From: Actinomycetes bacterium
GTDB taxonomy: Bacteria; Actinomycetota; Acidimicrobiia; Acidimicrobiales; Acidimicrobiaceae
Direction: 5' to 3'
DNA length: 64,000 nucleotides
NCBI GenBank assembly: GCA_021799035.1
Contig: JAJZBG010000001.1
Location: 50,706-114,705, forward strand
Position 1 is the stretch's first letter, and each line of letters starts with the position of its first letter. Below are positions 29,818-38,792 of this stretch, one piece after another. The notes under the pieces were generated by a model that was not told where the DNA came from, did no database searches, and worked only from the letters and a program-made list of their open reading frames with translations. The translations under genes were made by a program, and so were the position numbers.

Positions 29818-30963
29818 TTGGAAATGCCCACCTCGTCAATTGAGGAATGGCGTTATTCTGACGTCGACGACCTCGATCTTTCAAAATACTTGGTTCATTC
29901 AGATGCCAGTGTCAGGGAGGTGCAGTCCAACCTGGCTTCCTCTGTGTTTGCGGCTAATAGGAATGCCACTGTCATAAAGACTCGCAACGGAGAGATAGTC
30001 CCAGGTTTCGTTCCTCCAAAAGGCACTCAGCTAGCGGATTCAGATCCAGAGGACATCTCCTATGACTTTTCTGCTGCAGATGTCTTCTCGCATCTAAACG
30101 CCCTCTTGAGCCGTCCGACGGTCCTGTCCGTGGGTGCAGAATACGATTCGTCAGTGCCTCTAATAGTGGTTAGGTACCTCGATTCGATTGAAGCTAGCGC
30201 GATCTTTCCAAATCTTTGCATTCGGCTCGAAAGGGGCGCAAAAGCTGAGCTGGTAGAGGTGTTGGTATCCCCTGACGATGCAGACTTGCTGGTAGTTCCG
30301 GTCACAAAGATCTTCCAGGAGGAGGGCTCAAATCTGGACTACCTCTTGATTCAAGATCTAGGCTCCAACTCCAGGATGATCGGCCATCAGGTCTCACGGC
30401 TGATGACCGAAGCAAGATTGCGATCCATGTCGGTGGTGGCTGGGGGAAGCTACTCGCGCCTGTTTACGACCTCGACGATTGCCGGGGCTGGAGCCGAGTC
30501 CAAGCTGAACGCAGCGTACTTCGGCAATGGCGATCAGGTCCTGGATTTTAGGACGCTACAAGAGCACAGCGCAAAGAATGGCCGTAGTGAGCTGTACTTC
30601 AAAGGTGCGGCTGCCAACGAATCACATTTGGTCTACTCGGGCCTAATAAAGGTTGACAAGGGCGCAATTTCTACAGATGCGTTTCAGACTAACAAGAACC
30701 TCGTTCTCTCCGAGGGTGCACGAGCCGATTCCGTGCCGAACCTTGATATACAGGAGAATGACGTCAGATGTAGCCACGCCTCTTCAGTGGGTCCGATTGA
30801 CGAAGATCAGCAGTACTACCTTGAGAGCCGCGGTATCGATCCCGACACGGTCCAGAGGTTGATCGTTGGCGGATTTTTTTCCGAGATGTCCGATCGATCC
30901 GGGATTGCCGGAGTGGATGGCGCGCTCCTGGCTTTGACGGCGGCAAAGTGGAGGGTGTCGTAG
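29818..30963 (+). CDS. sufD: Fe-S cluster assembly protein SufD (5' end uncertain; may begin at 29719)
   Basis: SufD-like throughout (EEWRYSDV..., C-terminal beta-helix, QQYYLESRGI). The frame is open and SufD-like back to 29692 but has no canonical start before the TTG at 29818. Confidence 0.85.
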   Translation: MEMPTSSIEEWRYSDVDDLDLSKYLVHSDASVREVQSNLASSVFAANRNATVIKTRNGEIVPGFVPPKGTQLADSDPEDISYDFSAADVFSHLNALLSRPTVLSVGAEYDSSVPLIVVRYLDSIEASAIFPNLCIRLERGAKAELVEVLVSPDDADLLVVPVTKIFQEEGSNLDYLLIQDLGSNSRMIGHQVSRLMTEARLRSMSVVAGGSYSRLFTTSTIAGAGAESKLNAAYFGNGDQVLDFRTLQEHSAKNGRSELYFKGAAANESHLVYSGLIKVDKGAISTDAFQTNKNLVLSEGARADSVPNLDIQENDVRCSHASSVGPIDEDQQYYLESRGIDPDTVQRLIVGGFFSEMSDRSGIAGVDGALLALTAAKWRVS

Positions 30964-30965
30964 GA

Positions 30966-31283
30966 ATGAGTAAGAAGATTGATCTGTGTGCCAAGGGAGA
31001 AATCGATAGCGGGACAGCGCGAAGGTTTGAAGTCGAAGGTGTTGAAATCGCGCTTGTTCGGATAGAGGACGATTTTTACGCGATAGGCGATCGCTGCAGC
31101 CACGCCAACTACTCACTCTCAGAAGGTGAGGTCTTTGCTGAAGAGAAGGAGCTCGAATGCTGGAAGCATGGCTCGACGTTCTCCCTCGAGACAGGAAAGC
31201 CAACCTGTTTGCCGGCTACTAAGCCGGTTCCAGTCTATGACGTCGTTGTCGAGGGCGACAGAGTCTTGGTGGTGATAAGTTGA
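30966..31283 (+). CDS. Rieske [2Fe-2S] ferredoxin-like protein of the actinobacterial suf operon
   Basis: CSHANYSL...CWKHGSTF Rieske ligand motifs. Sits between sufD and sufC. Confidence 0.85.
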   Translation: MSKKIDLCAKGEIDSGTARRFEVEGVEIALVRIEDDFYAIGDRCSHANYSLSEGEVFAEEKELECWKHGSTFSLETGKPTCLPATKPVPVYDVVVEGDRVLVVIS

Positions 31284-32068
31284 GCGAGCAACATTTTCTG
31301 AGAATAACTGGCCTGAAGGCAAATGTTGGATCCAAAGAGATCCTGCGGGGGATAAACCTTGAAGTCAGAAGTGGCGAAGTCCACGCAATAATGGGTCCCA
31401 ACGGCTCTGGAAAGTCCACGTTGTCCCATGTACTCATGGGAAAGCCAGGCTACCAGGTGACCGGGGGATCGGTTTACTTGGACGAAATCGATCTGCTTGG
31501 GCTGCCGGCTTGGAAGCGGGCGCAAGCTGGCCTCTTTCTAGTTTCCCAGTATCCGATAGAGGTTCCGGGAGTTTCGCTTGACGATGCTTTGCGCGCCGCG
31601 TTCGAGACGACTGGCAGAAGTGCTGAAAACCTTCACCAAGAGATACTTGGTGAGGCCCGCAGGCTCGGATTTCCTCTCTCTCTGTTGGGCCGGTCATTGA
31701 ATGTGGACTTTTCCGGTGGTGAAAAGAAGCGAAACGAAATGGTGCAACTCGCCGTTTTGAAACCGAAATTCGCAATTCTTGACGAAATTGATTCCGGTCT
31801 CGACATAGATGCCCTGAGGGATGTCTCTAGAAGGGTTGAGCAAGCAACTAATGAGGACCAGTTAGGAGTTTTGGCAATAACGCACTATTCGCGCTTGCTT
31901 AAGGAGCTCCGCCCCGACCGAGTGCATGTGCTCATTAAAGGTGAGATAGTAGCCTCGGGTGGTCCAGAGCTTGCGGAGCAGCTCGAGAAAACGGGATATG
32001 CCGAGTACGGGGGAGTCGAAGACGAGACGGAGCCCGTCGGTGCAAGCATCTTTGGGCTGCCGTCCTAG
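31280..32068 (+). CDS. sufC: Fe-S cluster assembly ATPase SufC (copy 1)
   Basis: Walker A GPNGSGKST, FSGGEKKRNE, ILDEIDSGLDIDAL. TTG start overlapping the Rieske stop. Confidence 0.9.
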   Translation: MSEQHFLRITGLKANVGSKEILRGINLEVRSGEVHAIMGPNGSGKSTLSHVLMGKPGYQVTGGSVYLDEIDLLGLPAWKRAQAGLFLVSQYPIEVPGVSLDDALRAAFETTGRSAENLHQEILGEARRLGFPLSLLGRSLNVDFSGGEKKRNEMVQLAVLKPKFAILDEIDSGLDIDALRDVSRRVEQATNEDQLGVLAITHYSRLLKELRPDRVHVLIKGEIVASGGPELAEQLEKTGYAEYGGVEDETEPVGASIFGLPS

Positions 32069-32102
32069 TAGGTGACCTTTTTCACAAATTTTCCTCCGCA
32101 AC

Positions 32103-32118
32103 TGTGAAATTGTTCACA
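32103..32118. promoter_or_regulatory. perfect CRP/GlxR-type palindrome TGTGA-N6-TCACA in a convergent intergenic region
   Basis: TGTGAaattgtTCACA read directly. Another TTCACA half-site lies at 32081-32086. Confidence 0.35.
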
Positions 32119-32204
32119 GGGCATGGTAGTATCTAATCAGGAGATCGGCCGAGCCGTGATCCAAGGATTTTGCGGAGGGGGCGTCGCATTCGCGACGATA
32201 TTTT

Positions 32205-32237
32205 GATACTGGGTTAGCTCTAACGCGACCCAGTATC
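32205..32237. terminator. bidirectional terminator-like hairpin between sufC and ferredoxin
   Basis: GATACTGGGT-13 nt-ACCCAGTATC flanked by TTTT (5') and ATTTATTT (3'). Confidence 0.6.
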
Positions 32238-32281
32238 ATTTATTTAATGCTGGGAAACGCATCTCGTATACGATTTGCGCG

Positions 32282-32476
32282 TCAGGTGTCAGAAATAGAT
32301 ATGGCCTGCGTTGGGCAGCCGTCGACAGCTTCTTCCGCGAGGACCAGTTCTGAGTCCGACACCTCTTCTTTGAGCAAATACAGGTAGCCGTCGTTTCTTA
32401 TCTCGAATATCTCCGGAGCAAGGTCAACGCAGACCCCGTTGGAGCGACACCTGTCGAAGTCAACTATGATGCGCAT
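32282..32476 (-). CDS. small single-cluster ferredoxin
   Basis: 64 aa: DFDRCRSNGVCVDLAPEIFEI...DGCPTQAI. Confidence 0.85.
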   Translation of the reverse strand: MRIIVDFDRCRSNGVCVDLAPEIFEIRNDGYLYLLKEEVSDSELVLAEEAVDGCPTQAISISDT

Positions 32477-32684
32477 TTCACCCCCAAGAAACCCTCAGCC
32501 CAACTAGATCATCTCACTTTTTATCCCTCAGCGGAAGTTCACGATAATCTCTCAAACAAGCGCAATTGCGGCCCCGCGCGCAGATGTTCGCAAATGTCCT
32601 GGCTGATGCTATTGATAACCCGTTCGTTTTAGGCCAACGCTAGAGTGTCATTTGAGTTGCTTTTGAGTTTTAGCGAGGCGCTGC

Positions 32685-33362
32685 ATGAGAGTCCTGGTAA
32701 TTGAAGATGAAGTACGACTTGGCGAGGCTTTGAAAAGGGGCCTTGAAGCGGAAGGCTTTGCTGTTGACGTGATCCAAAATGGCACCGAGGGGCTTTGGAT
32801 GGCGACAGAGAACCCGTACGACCTGATTCTTCTAGATATCATGCTTCCGGGCACCAATGGATTCAAAATTTGTGGGACTCTCAGAGAAAGAGAGGTCTGG
32901 ACTCCGATTCTCATGCTGACGGCCAAAGATGGAGAGCTGGATGAGGCCGAATCGCTTGATACCGGCGCTGACGACTTTCTTTCAAAGCCGTTCTCCTTCA
33001 CTGTGCTACTGGCCAGGATTAGGGCGCTGCTGAGGCGAGGCGCGTCGGAGAGGCCTGTCGTCATTTCGGCGGGAGATCTGCGACTTGATCCAGCGAGCCA
33101 TTCTGTGACGAGGGGCAACTCCGATATAGTATTGACCTCTAGGGAGTTCTCTCTGCTTGAGCTGCTCATGCGGAGGAAGGGAGAGGTTCTGACCAAGAAA
33201 GTGATCCTCGAGCATGTCTGGGATTACGACTTCGAGGGCGACTCCAATATTGTCGAGGTCTATATTGGCTATCTTCGCAAGAAGATCGACACGCCATTTG
33301 ACCGGAGGGCCATACGGACGATACGTGGCGTCGGGTACCTGCTAGAGGAAAATGGTGGCTAG
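32685..33362 (+). CDS. OmpR/PhoB-family response regulator
   Basis: MRVLVIEDE...DLILLDIMLPG receiver domain; C-terminal IRGVGYLL. Confidence 0.9.
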   Translation: MRVLVIEDEVRLGEALKRGLEAEGFAVDVIQNGTEGLWMATENPYDLILLDIMLPGTNGFKICGTLREREVWTPILMLTAKDGELDEAESLDTGADDFLSKPFSFTVLLARIRALLRRGASERPVVISAGDLRLDPASHSVTRGNSDIVLTSREFSLLELLMRRKGEVLTKKVILEHVWDYDFEGDSNIVEVYIGYLRKKIDTPFDRRAIRTIRGVGYLLEENGG

Positions 33363-33367
33363 CTAGG

Positions 33368-34912
33368 GTGTCAGCTCAGCAGGACCAGGGGAGCTATCCC
33401 TGGTTTCACAGATGGCTTTATTCCGTCAGGTTCAAAATTGCGCTGGCTTCAGTTCTAGTGGTTGGTGTTGCGCTGTTTGCTGCATCGAGGGTTCTTCTCA
33501 CCACGCTCAACTCTCAGCTGCACAGCTCCATCATTAATCAAACAAGGACTCAGGAAGCCGCGGTGCTTTCGCTGGTGGAATCGGGTGCGATATCGAATCC
33601 ATTGCCTCTTCCGCGCAGTGAAATAGGTGTGCAGGTTCTCAACTCCAACAATCAAGTCATCGCCGCGACGGCAAACATTGCTGGGCAACCCTCTGTTTTG
33701 GCCACTTTTGGCAGCTCTTCGAGCGAAGTCTCATTCATTCCAGTGCCCAAAAGCATGCTTCTGAGCGACCCTGACGAGTCTGACCGCAGAGCTGTCATGG
33801 TAACCAGCGTCGTTGGTCTTCCGAGTGGAATAAACTTGACGGTTTCCAACGAACCGAGCGGGCTCACGTTGAATCTTAGCCCTAGCCAGGACTCCAAAAG
33901 CGTTCAACCAAGTTCAGTGAAGGCTTCACAGAAGGTAGTGACTAAGAGCTATCATTCGGTGTTCAGGGTGGTTGCTTTGGAATCCATGGCGACGGTTGAT
34001 CAGTCCGTACTGACCGTGGTGAAGGTAATTTCGATCGCCTTTCCTCTGCTACTTGGGGTCGTGGCTCTGCTGGTGATTTTGCTTACAGCTCGATCCCTCA
34101 AGCCAGTCGAGCGCATCAGTCGAGAGGTGGAGGCGATAACTGGGTCTAATCTTCACAACAGGATCTCGGTTCCTCCAGCAAGAGATGAGATAGCAGAGCT
34201 TGCGGTTACGATGAATCAGATGCTCCAAAGGCTTGACGATTCCGCTGAGCGTTCGAAGAGATTCGTCGCCGACGCATCGCACGAGTTGCGCAGTCCATTG
34301 TCGGTGATCCAAACGGAGCTCGAGGTTGGGCTCCTACATCCAGAGGCCACTGATTGGCAGCGTACCGCAACAGACGCCTTGGAAGAATCGAGGAGGATGC
34401 AGCGCATAGTGGAAGATCTCTTGCTGCTCGCCAGGGCCGACTCTGGAAAGGTTCTTGTTCACACGCTACTGCCAGTCGATCTGGATGACATGGTGCTCGG
34501 CGAGGCATCCAGGCTTCGGGAGTCTGGAAACGTGGCGGTGGACACAAGGGCTGTAAGCGGCGGAAGGGTTATGGGAGACCCCCACCTTCTTCTGCGAGTC
34601 GTTAGGAATCTTTCGAACAATGCCGCTCGCCATGCCCAACAAAGAGTGACCTTCGCCCTTCACAAAGAGGGCGGATTTGTGCAACTTGATGTAGCAGACG
34701 ATGGCAAGGGTGTGCCAGAAGAACTGAGAGAGAAGATTTTCGAGAGGTTCACAAGATTGGATGAGGCTAGATCGCGCGATGATGGTGGGTCTGGGTTGGG
34801 GCTCTCCATAGTACGGACTATTGTGGATGCTCACGGTGGTAGCGTTGAGGTGTTGGGGAATCCAGATGGTTCGAGAGGTGCGCGATTTGTTGTCAAGATA
34901 CCGACCCTATAA
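33368..34912 (+). CDS. sensor histidine kinase
   Basis: Two TM segments around a ~190-aa extracytoplasmic region, HAMP domain, H-box FVADASHELRSPLSVI, and DDGKGV / GGSGLGLS. Confidence 0.9.
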   Translation: MSAQQDQGSYPWFHRWLYSVRFKIALASVLVVGVALFAASRVLLTTLNSQLHSSIINQTRTQEAAVLSLVESGAISNPLPLPRSEIGVQVLNSNNQVIAATANIAGQPSVLATFGSSSSEVSFIPVPKSMLLSDPDESDRRAVMVTSVVGLPSGINLTVSNEPSGLTLNLSPSQDSKSVQPSSVKASQKVVTKSYHSVFRVVALESMATVDQSVLTVVKVISIAFPLLLGVVALLVILLTARSLKPVERISREVEAITGSNLHNRISVPPARDEIAELAVTMNQMLQRLDDSAERSKRFVADASHELRSPLSVIQTELEVGLLHPEATDWQRTATDALEESRRMQRIVEDLLLLARADSGKVLVHTLLPVDLDDMVLGEASRLRESGNVAVDTRAVSGGRVMGDPHLLLRVVRNLSNNAARHAQQRVTFALHKEGGFVQLDVADDGKGVPEELREKIFERFTRLDEARSRDDGGSGLGLSIVRTIVDAHGGSVEVLGNPDGSRGARFVVKIPTL

Positions 34913-34972
34913 GCTACGTCTGAGCTGCTGTTTCATGGTACTGTAAGCTTTCTCGCATAATATTTTGGCACA

Positions 34973-36196
34973 GTGAAAACCTTCGAAGATATCAAAGCGC
35001 CACAGCCAACACGTGGCAGTTTCATGCCCAGAAAGAGGCGCAAGCACCGAATTCGCAGCCCGAGGCTCAGGGCCGCGATCCTGGTAGTAGTAATTATTCT
35101 GCTGGGAAGCTTTACCTGGTCTTTTGGCAGTGCTCTCACCGCGAACAATCAGCAGAGCTTATCGATAAAGGCTGTGGAGTGGGTTCGCGGGCATGGCGGA
35201 GGTCAGTTGCTGCGAGTGGCGGAGGACTTTTGGTATACCTGGCACCAGCCCCCAAAGGGGGGTACGCCGCCCAAGGGCGCCATATTAGACACTGCATCCG
35301 CGAAGGCAAAACCAGTCTCCGCGCCATCTAGCGGTCCACCACACCTCCCGGCGCCCGCCAATGTGGCCCCATTCGTTGCGCATCCGTTGCCGGGCGAGGG
35401 AGTCTGGCAGCCAGAGGGTAGGACTGTCGGGGGGATTCACGGCTTATACGTCACTACTATGCGTCCAGACCCAGTTCATACCTCGTTGGTGGCTGGGTTG
35501 GCGTGGATGGATCCCAAGCTTCTCTCCTTCACCTTGTTTGCAGGTGGTGCTGAACCGGGAGGAGGACCGTGGCCTAATATGGCTCCAATCAGCTCCTCGC
35601 AGGCAGCTTCTCTTGTTTCAGCCTTCAACTCGGGTTTTCGGATGAGGGATGCCCGGGGTGGTTACTACTCTAACGGAAGGATGGCTTACCCCCTGGTAAA
35701 TGGTCAAGCCTCGTTCGTGATCTATTCAAACGGTACCGCGAATGTGGTCCAATGGCAACAGGGGCAGAATATCCCTTCGAACGTAGTCTCTGTCAGGCAA
35801 AACCTGTCTCTGATCATAAACAACGGAAAGATTACCCCCGGGGTGAATTCTCCAAACTACCAGCAGTGGGGCGCCACCGTTGGCAACAGCGTGCTCGTAT
35901 GGCGTTCGGGCATTGGGGTCACCAGTGATGGGGCCATCATTTACGCGGCAGGTCCTGGACTCAGCGTTGCAACACTAGCAGGACTTCTTCAGCGGGCAGG
36001 TGCCGTTCGCGCGATGGAGCTCGATATCAACAGTGCGTGGGTCGACTACTTCTACTTCAATCCGCCTAACGGCGGCTTGGCGGCTCCAGCCAATGGAACA
36101 CGACTTGTGTACAACATGGAACGGCCCCCTCAGAGGTATTTCGAGGGGACTGCAAGGGACTTCATAGCTGTGTTTGCCCGCCCGTACCCAGGCTGA
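34973..36196 (+). CDS. secreted/membrane-anchored protein, phosphodiester glycosidase (DUF2233)-like
   Basis: Basic N-terminus plus a TM segment. The C-terminal region (GAVRAMELDINSAWV) resembles the DUF2233 family. Assignment made by eye only. Confidence 0.5.
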   Translation: MKTFEDIKAPQPTRGSFMPRKRRKHRIRSPRLRAAILVVVIILLGSFTWSFGSALTANNQQSLSIKAVEWVRGHGGGQLLRVAEDFWYTWHQPPKGGTPPKGAILDTASAKAKPVSAPSSGPPHLPAPANVAPFVAHPLPGEGVWQPEGRTVGGIHGLYVTTMRPDPVHTSLVAGLAWMDPKLLSFTLFAGGAEPGGGPWPNMAPISSSQAASLVSAFNSGFRMRDARGGYYSNGRMAYPLVNGQASFVIYSNGTANVVQWQQGQNIPSNVVSVRQNLSLIINNGKITPGVNSPNYQQWGATVGNSVLVWRSGIGVTSDGAIIYAAGPGLSVATLAGLLQRAGAVRAMELDINSAWVDYFYFNPPNGGLAAPANGTRLVYNMERPPQRYFEGTARDFIAVFARPYPG

Positions 36197-36248
36197 GTTC
36201 TGGGCACTTGCCAGGATGCATGACCGTTCTTCTGTGGCAATGGGTCAG

Positions 36249-36719
36249 TCAGCCAACCCTTTGCTCCAGGGCTTGAACCAGGGTATTCCATGACAGAGTT
36301 GCGCATTTGATTCGCACTGGGAACTTGACGACGCCTTGCAATGCCACCAGCTCCCCAAGCTCGCGCTCAGAGTACTCGATTGGCTCGACAACTTCCGGAT
36401 CCCCATTTGCATTTGTAGAAATCGACATCATGGATTTGAAGATCTTCAGGAGTCGATCGACCTCAGCCAAAGTCTTGCCTTTCACTGCCACCGACATTAA
36501 AGAAGCCGACGAGCGTGAAATTGAGCATCCCTGCCCGGTTATTCGAATGTCCTTGATCACGTCTCCGTCCAAAATCAGGTAAACGGTCAATTCGTCTCCA
36601 CAGAGAGGGTTGTGACCCTCAGCCTTGATAGCCGGCGGAGTGGGAAACGTCCCTTCATTTCGAGGGTTCTTGTAGTGATCGAGAATTATTTCTCTGTAGA
36701 GGTCTTCCAGACCAGGCAT
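36249..36719 (-). CDS. sufU: SufU-type Fe-S cluster assembly sulfur-transfer protein
   Basis: LYREIILDHYKNPRN, NPLCGD, GQGCSIS and KCATL motifs. Confidence 0.9.
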   Translation of the reverse strand: MPGLEDLYREIILDHYKNPRNEGTFPTPPAIKAEGHNPLCGDELTVYLILDGDVIKDIRITGQGCSISRSSASLMSVAVKGKTLAEVDRLLKIFKSMMSISTNANGDPEVVEPIEYSERELGELVALQGVVKFPVRIKCATLSWNTLVQALEQRVG

Positions 36720-36737
36720 TGTCTCTCCTTCTGAAAC

Positions 36738-37997
36738 CTAGCCAAAAAAAGCTTGGGCCTTAGCCAGGGCGTCTACAAGGGCGTCCACGTCTGCAGGCTC
36801 ATTGTAGATGTGGAATGAAGCTCTGGCTGTCGCAGTGACTCCGAGGTGCCGCATCAAGGGCTTGGCGCAGTGGTGGCCGGCCCTGACGCAGACTCCGCTT
36901 TGATCAAGAATCTGTGAAATGTCGTGCGGATGAATGTCCTTGAAGTCAAAGGATATTACTCCGCCCCGGTCGTTTATGTTTCTTGGCCCATGAATAATCA
37001 GGTCGTCTCCGAAACTTGCTTCAAGCCTTTCAAATGCGTAAGAGAGAAGTTCGACCTCATGCGCTCTCACCTGATCCATCCCTAGATTTTCCAGATAGTC
37101 GACTGCTGCGCCCAGCCCAATGGCTTCTGCTATGGGCGGAGTGCCGGCTTCAAACTTCCAGGGAAGCTCATTGGGCGTGAAGCTGTCCAGTTTCACGTCG
37201 GTGATCATATCCCCGCCTCCCATGAAAGGGGGGAGCGCATCGAGCAGCTCTGCCTTGCCCCAAAGGACTCCAATACCCGTCGGGCCCAGCATCTTGTGGC
37301 CTGTGAAGGCCAGAAAGTCCAGTCCGAGCTCGGTGACGTTGGTGCCAATGTGGGGAACGTACTGTGCTCCGTCACCAATGACAATTGCCCCATTTTCGTG
37401 GGCCAGTCTGGCCAGGTGGGCCACTGGGTTGAGAGTGCCAAGCACATTTGAAGTCAGAGTGATGCTTAGCACCTTGGCATCCTTTAGCAGATCATCGATG
37501 TCATCAAGGATGAGGTAGCCTTGGTCATTCACCCTGATGTATCTGATCTCGATCCCAAACTGATCCTTTGCTATCAGCCATGGGACCAGGTTCGCGTGGT
37601 GTTCCATCTCAGTCAGTACTACAACGTCCCCCCTCTTGAGCATCTTGCGCGTCAGGGAGGTGGAGAGAAGGTTGATGGATTCAGTGGCGTTTTTTGTGAA
37701 GATTGTCTCTCTGGAAGGGCTTGGCGCTCCGACAAAGCGACCTATCTTTACCCTGGCACCCTCGTAAAGTTCTGTGGCGTGTTCGGCTATGTGGTACACA
37801 CCTCGATGGACGTTGGCATGAGTCGTGGAGTAATAGTCGTCCATGGCCTTCAAGACCGATAGGGGCTTTTGGGAGGACGCAGCGGAGTCCAGAAAGTAGA
37901 GAGCTTTGCCTTCATGCTGGGCGAATATGGGGAAGTCCTTGCGGATTTCGCTTACATTAAATTTTCTTATTGCGGTGGACGTGTTCATTCTCTCCAT
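36738..37997 (-). CDS. sufS: cysteine desulfurase SufS
   Basis: PLP-lysine block FTGHKMLGPTGIG and active-site RAGHHCAKP. Confidence 0.95.
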   Translation of the reverse strand: MERMNTSTAIRKFNVSEIRKDFPIFAQHEGKALYFLDSAASSQKPLSVLKAMDDYYSTTHANVHRGVYHIAEHATELYEGARVKIGRFVGAPSPSRETIFTKNATESINLLSTSLTRKMLKRGDVVVLTEMEHHANLVPWLIAKDQFGIEIRYIRVNDQGYLILDDIDDLLKDAKVLSITLTSNVLGTLNPVAHLARLAHENGAIVIGDGAQYVPHIGTNVTELGLDFLAFTGHKMLGPTGIGVLWGKAELLDALPPFMGGGDMITDVKLDSFTPNELPWKFEAGTPPIAEAIGLGAAVDYLENLGMDQVRAHEVELLSYAFERLEASFGDDLIIHGPRNINDRGGVISFDFKDIHPHDISQILDQSGVCVRAGHHCAKPLMRHLGVTATARASFHIYNEPADVDALVDALAKAQAFFG

Positions 37998-38731
37998 CCC
38001 TCATAGCCCTCGGATTCTAGCTTCTCCGACAGCTCCATCCCACCCGAGGCTACGATCTTCCCGTTAATCATGACGTGCACAAAATCGGGTGAAAGTTCAT
38101 CCAGGATTCGCTGATAGTGCGTAATTAGCACAACTCCGAGTTCAGGGTTCTCTTTTCTTACCTCGTTCACACCTTTTGCCACAACTCTTAGGGCATCAAT
38201 GTCTAGTCCGGAGTCGGTCTCGTCGAGGACTGCGATCTGGGGTTCGAGCATAGCCATCTGTAGGATTTCATTGCGCTTCTTCTCGCCCCCAGAAAATCCT
38301 TCATTCAGATATCTTTGCGCAAACGAAGGGTCCATTCCAAGCTTTTGCATCCACTCCATCATCAAGAACCTGATCTCGATGGCCGAAACGTCTGCAGCTT
38401 TTCGCGCAGACACTGCTTGGCGAAGAAACTGGATCACGGACACTCCCGCGATCTCCTGGGGATATTGGAATGCAAGGAATAAGCCGGCTTTGGCGCGTGT
38501 GTCTGTTGACCAACTCGTGATGTCTTCTCCATTGAAGAGGATTGAGCCAGACGTGACCTCATAGTCTGGGTTTCCTAGCAGGGTGTTGGCCAAAGTGGAT
38601 TTGCCTGAGCCGTTGGGGCCCATTATTGCATGGACTTCTCCTTTGCTTACGGTGAGAGTCAGTCCTCTGAGAATTTCGTGTTCTCCGGCCGATACGTGCA
38701 AATCTTTGATTTCAAAAAGAGAACTTTCCAT
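37985..38731 (-). CDS. sufC: Fe-S cluster assembly ATPase SufC (copy 2)
   Basis: GPNGSGKST, FSGGEKKRNE, VLDETDSGLDIDAL. Overlaps the sufS start by 13 nt. Confidence 0.9.
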   Translation of the reverse strand: MESSLFEIKDLHVSAGEHEILRGLTLTVSKGEVHAIMGPNGSGKSTLANTLLGNPDYEVTSGSILFNGEDITSWSTDTRAKAGLFLAFQYPQEIAGVSVIQFLRQAVSARKAADVSAIEIRFLMMEWMQKLGMDPSFAQRYLNEGFSGGEKKRNEILQMAMLEPQIAVLDETDSGLDIDALRVVAKGVNEVRKENPELGVVLITHYQRILDELSPDFVHVMINGKIVASGGMELSEKLESEGYEGWRE

Positions 38732-38747
38732 GGGTTACAGTCTATTA

Positions 38748-38765
38748 CTCCTATGGCGATAGGAG
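38748..38765. promoter_or_regulatory. perfect 7-bp inverted repeat just upstream of sufC copy 2
   Basis: CTCCTAT-GGCG-ATAGGAG, 17-34 nt upstream of the sufC2 start codon, in the 61-nt gap after the nitroreductase gene. Confidence 0.25.
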
Positions 38766-38792
38766 AAACTCCAGGTGAAGAAAAGTTGTTTT

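Noticed and set aside
29755-29830. tRNA-like D-arm string GCCGTAGCTCAGGGCGG
   Set aside because: No complementary D-stem, anticodon arm or T-arm can be folded. The stretch reads as the conserved SufD N-terminus in frame.
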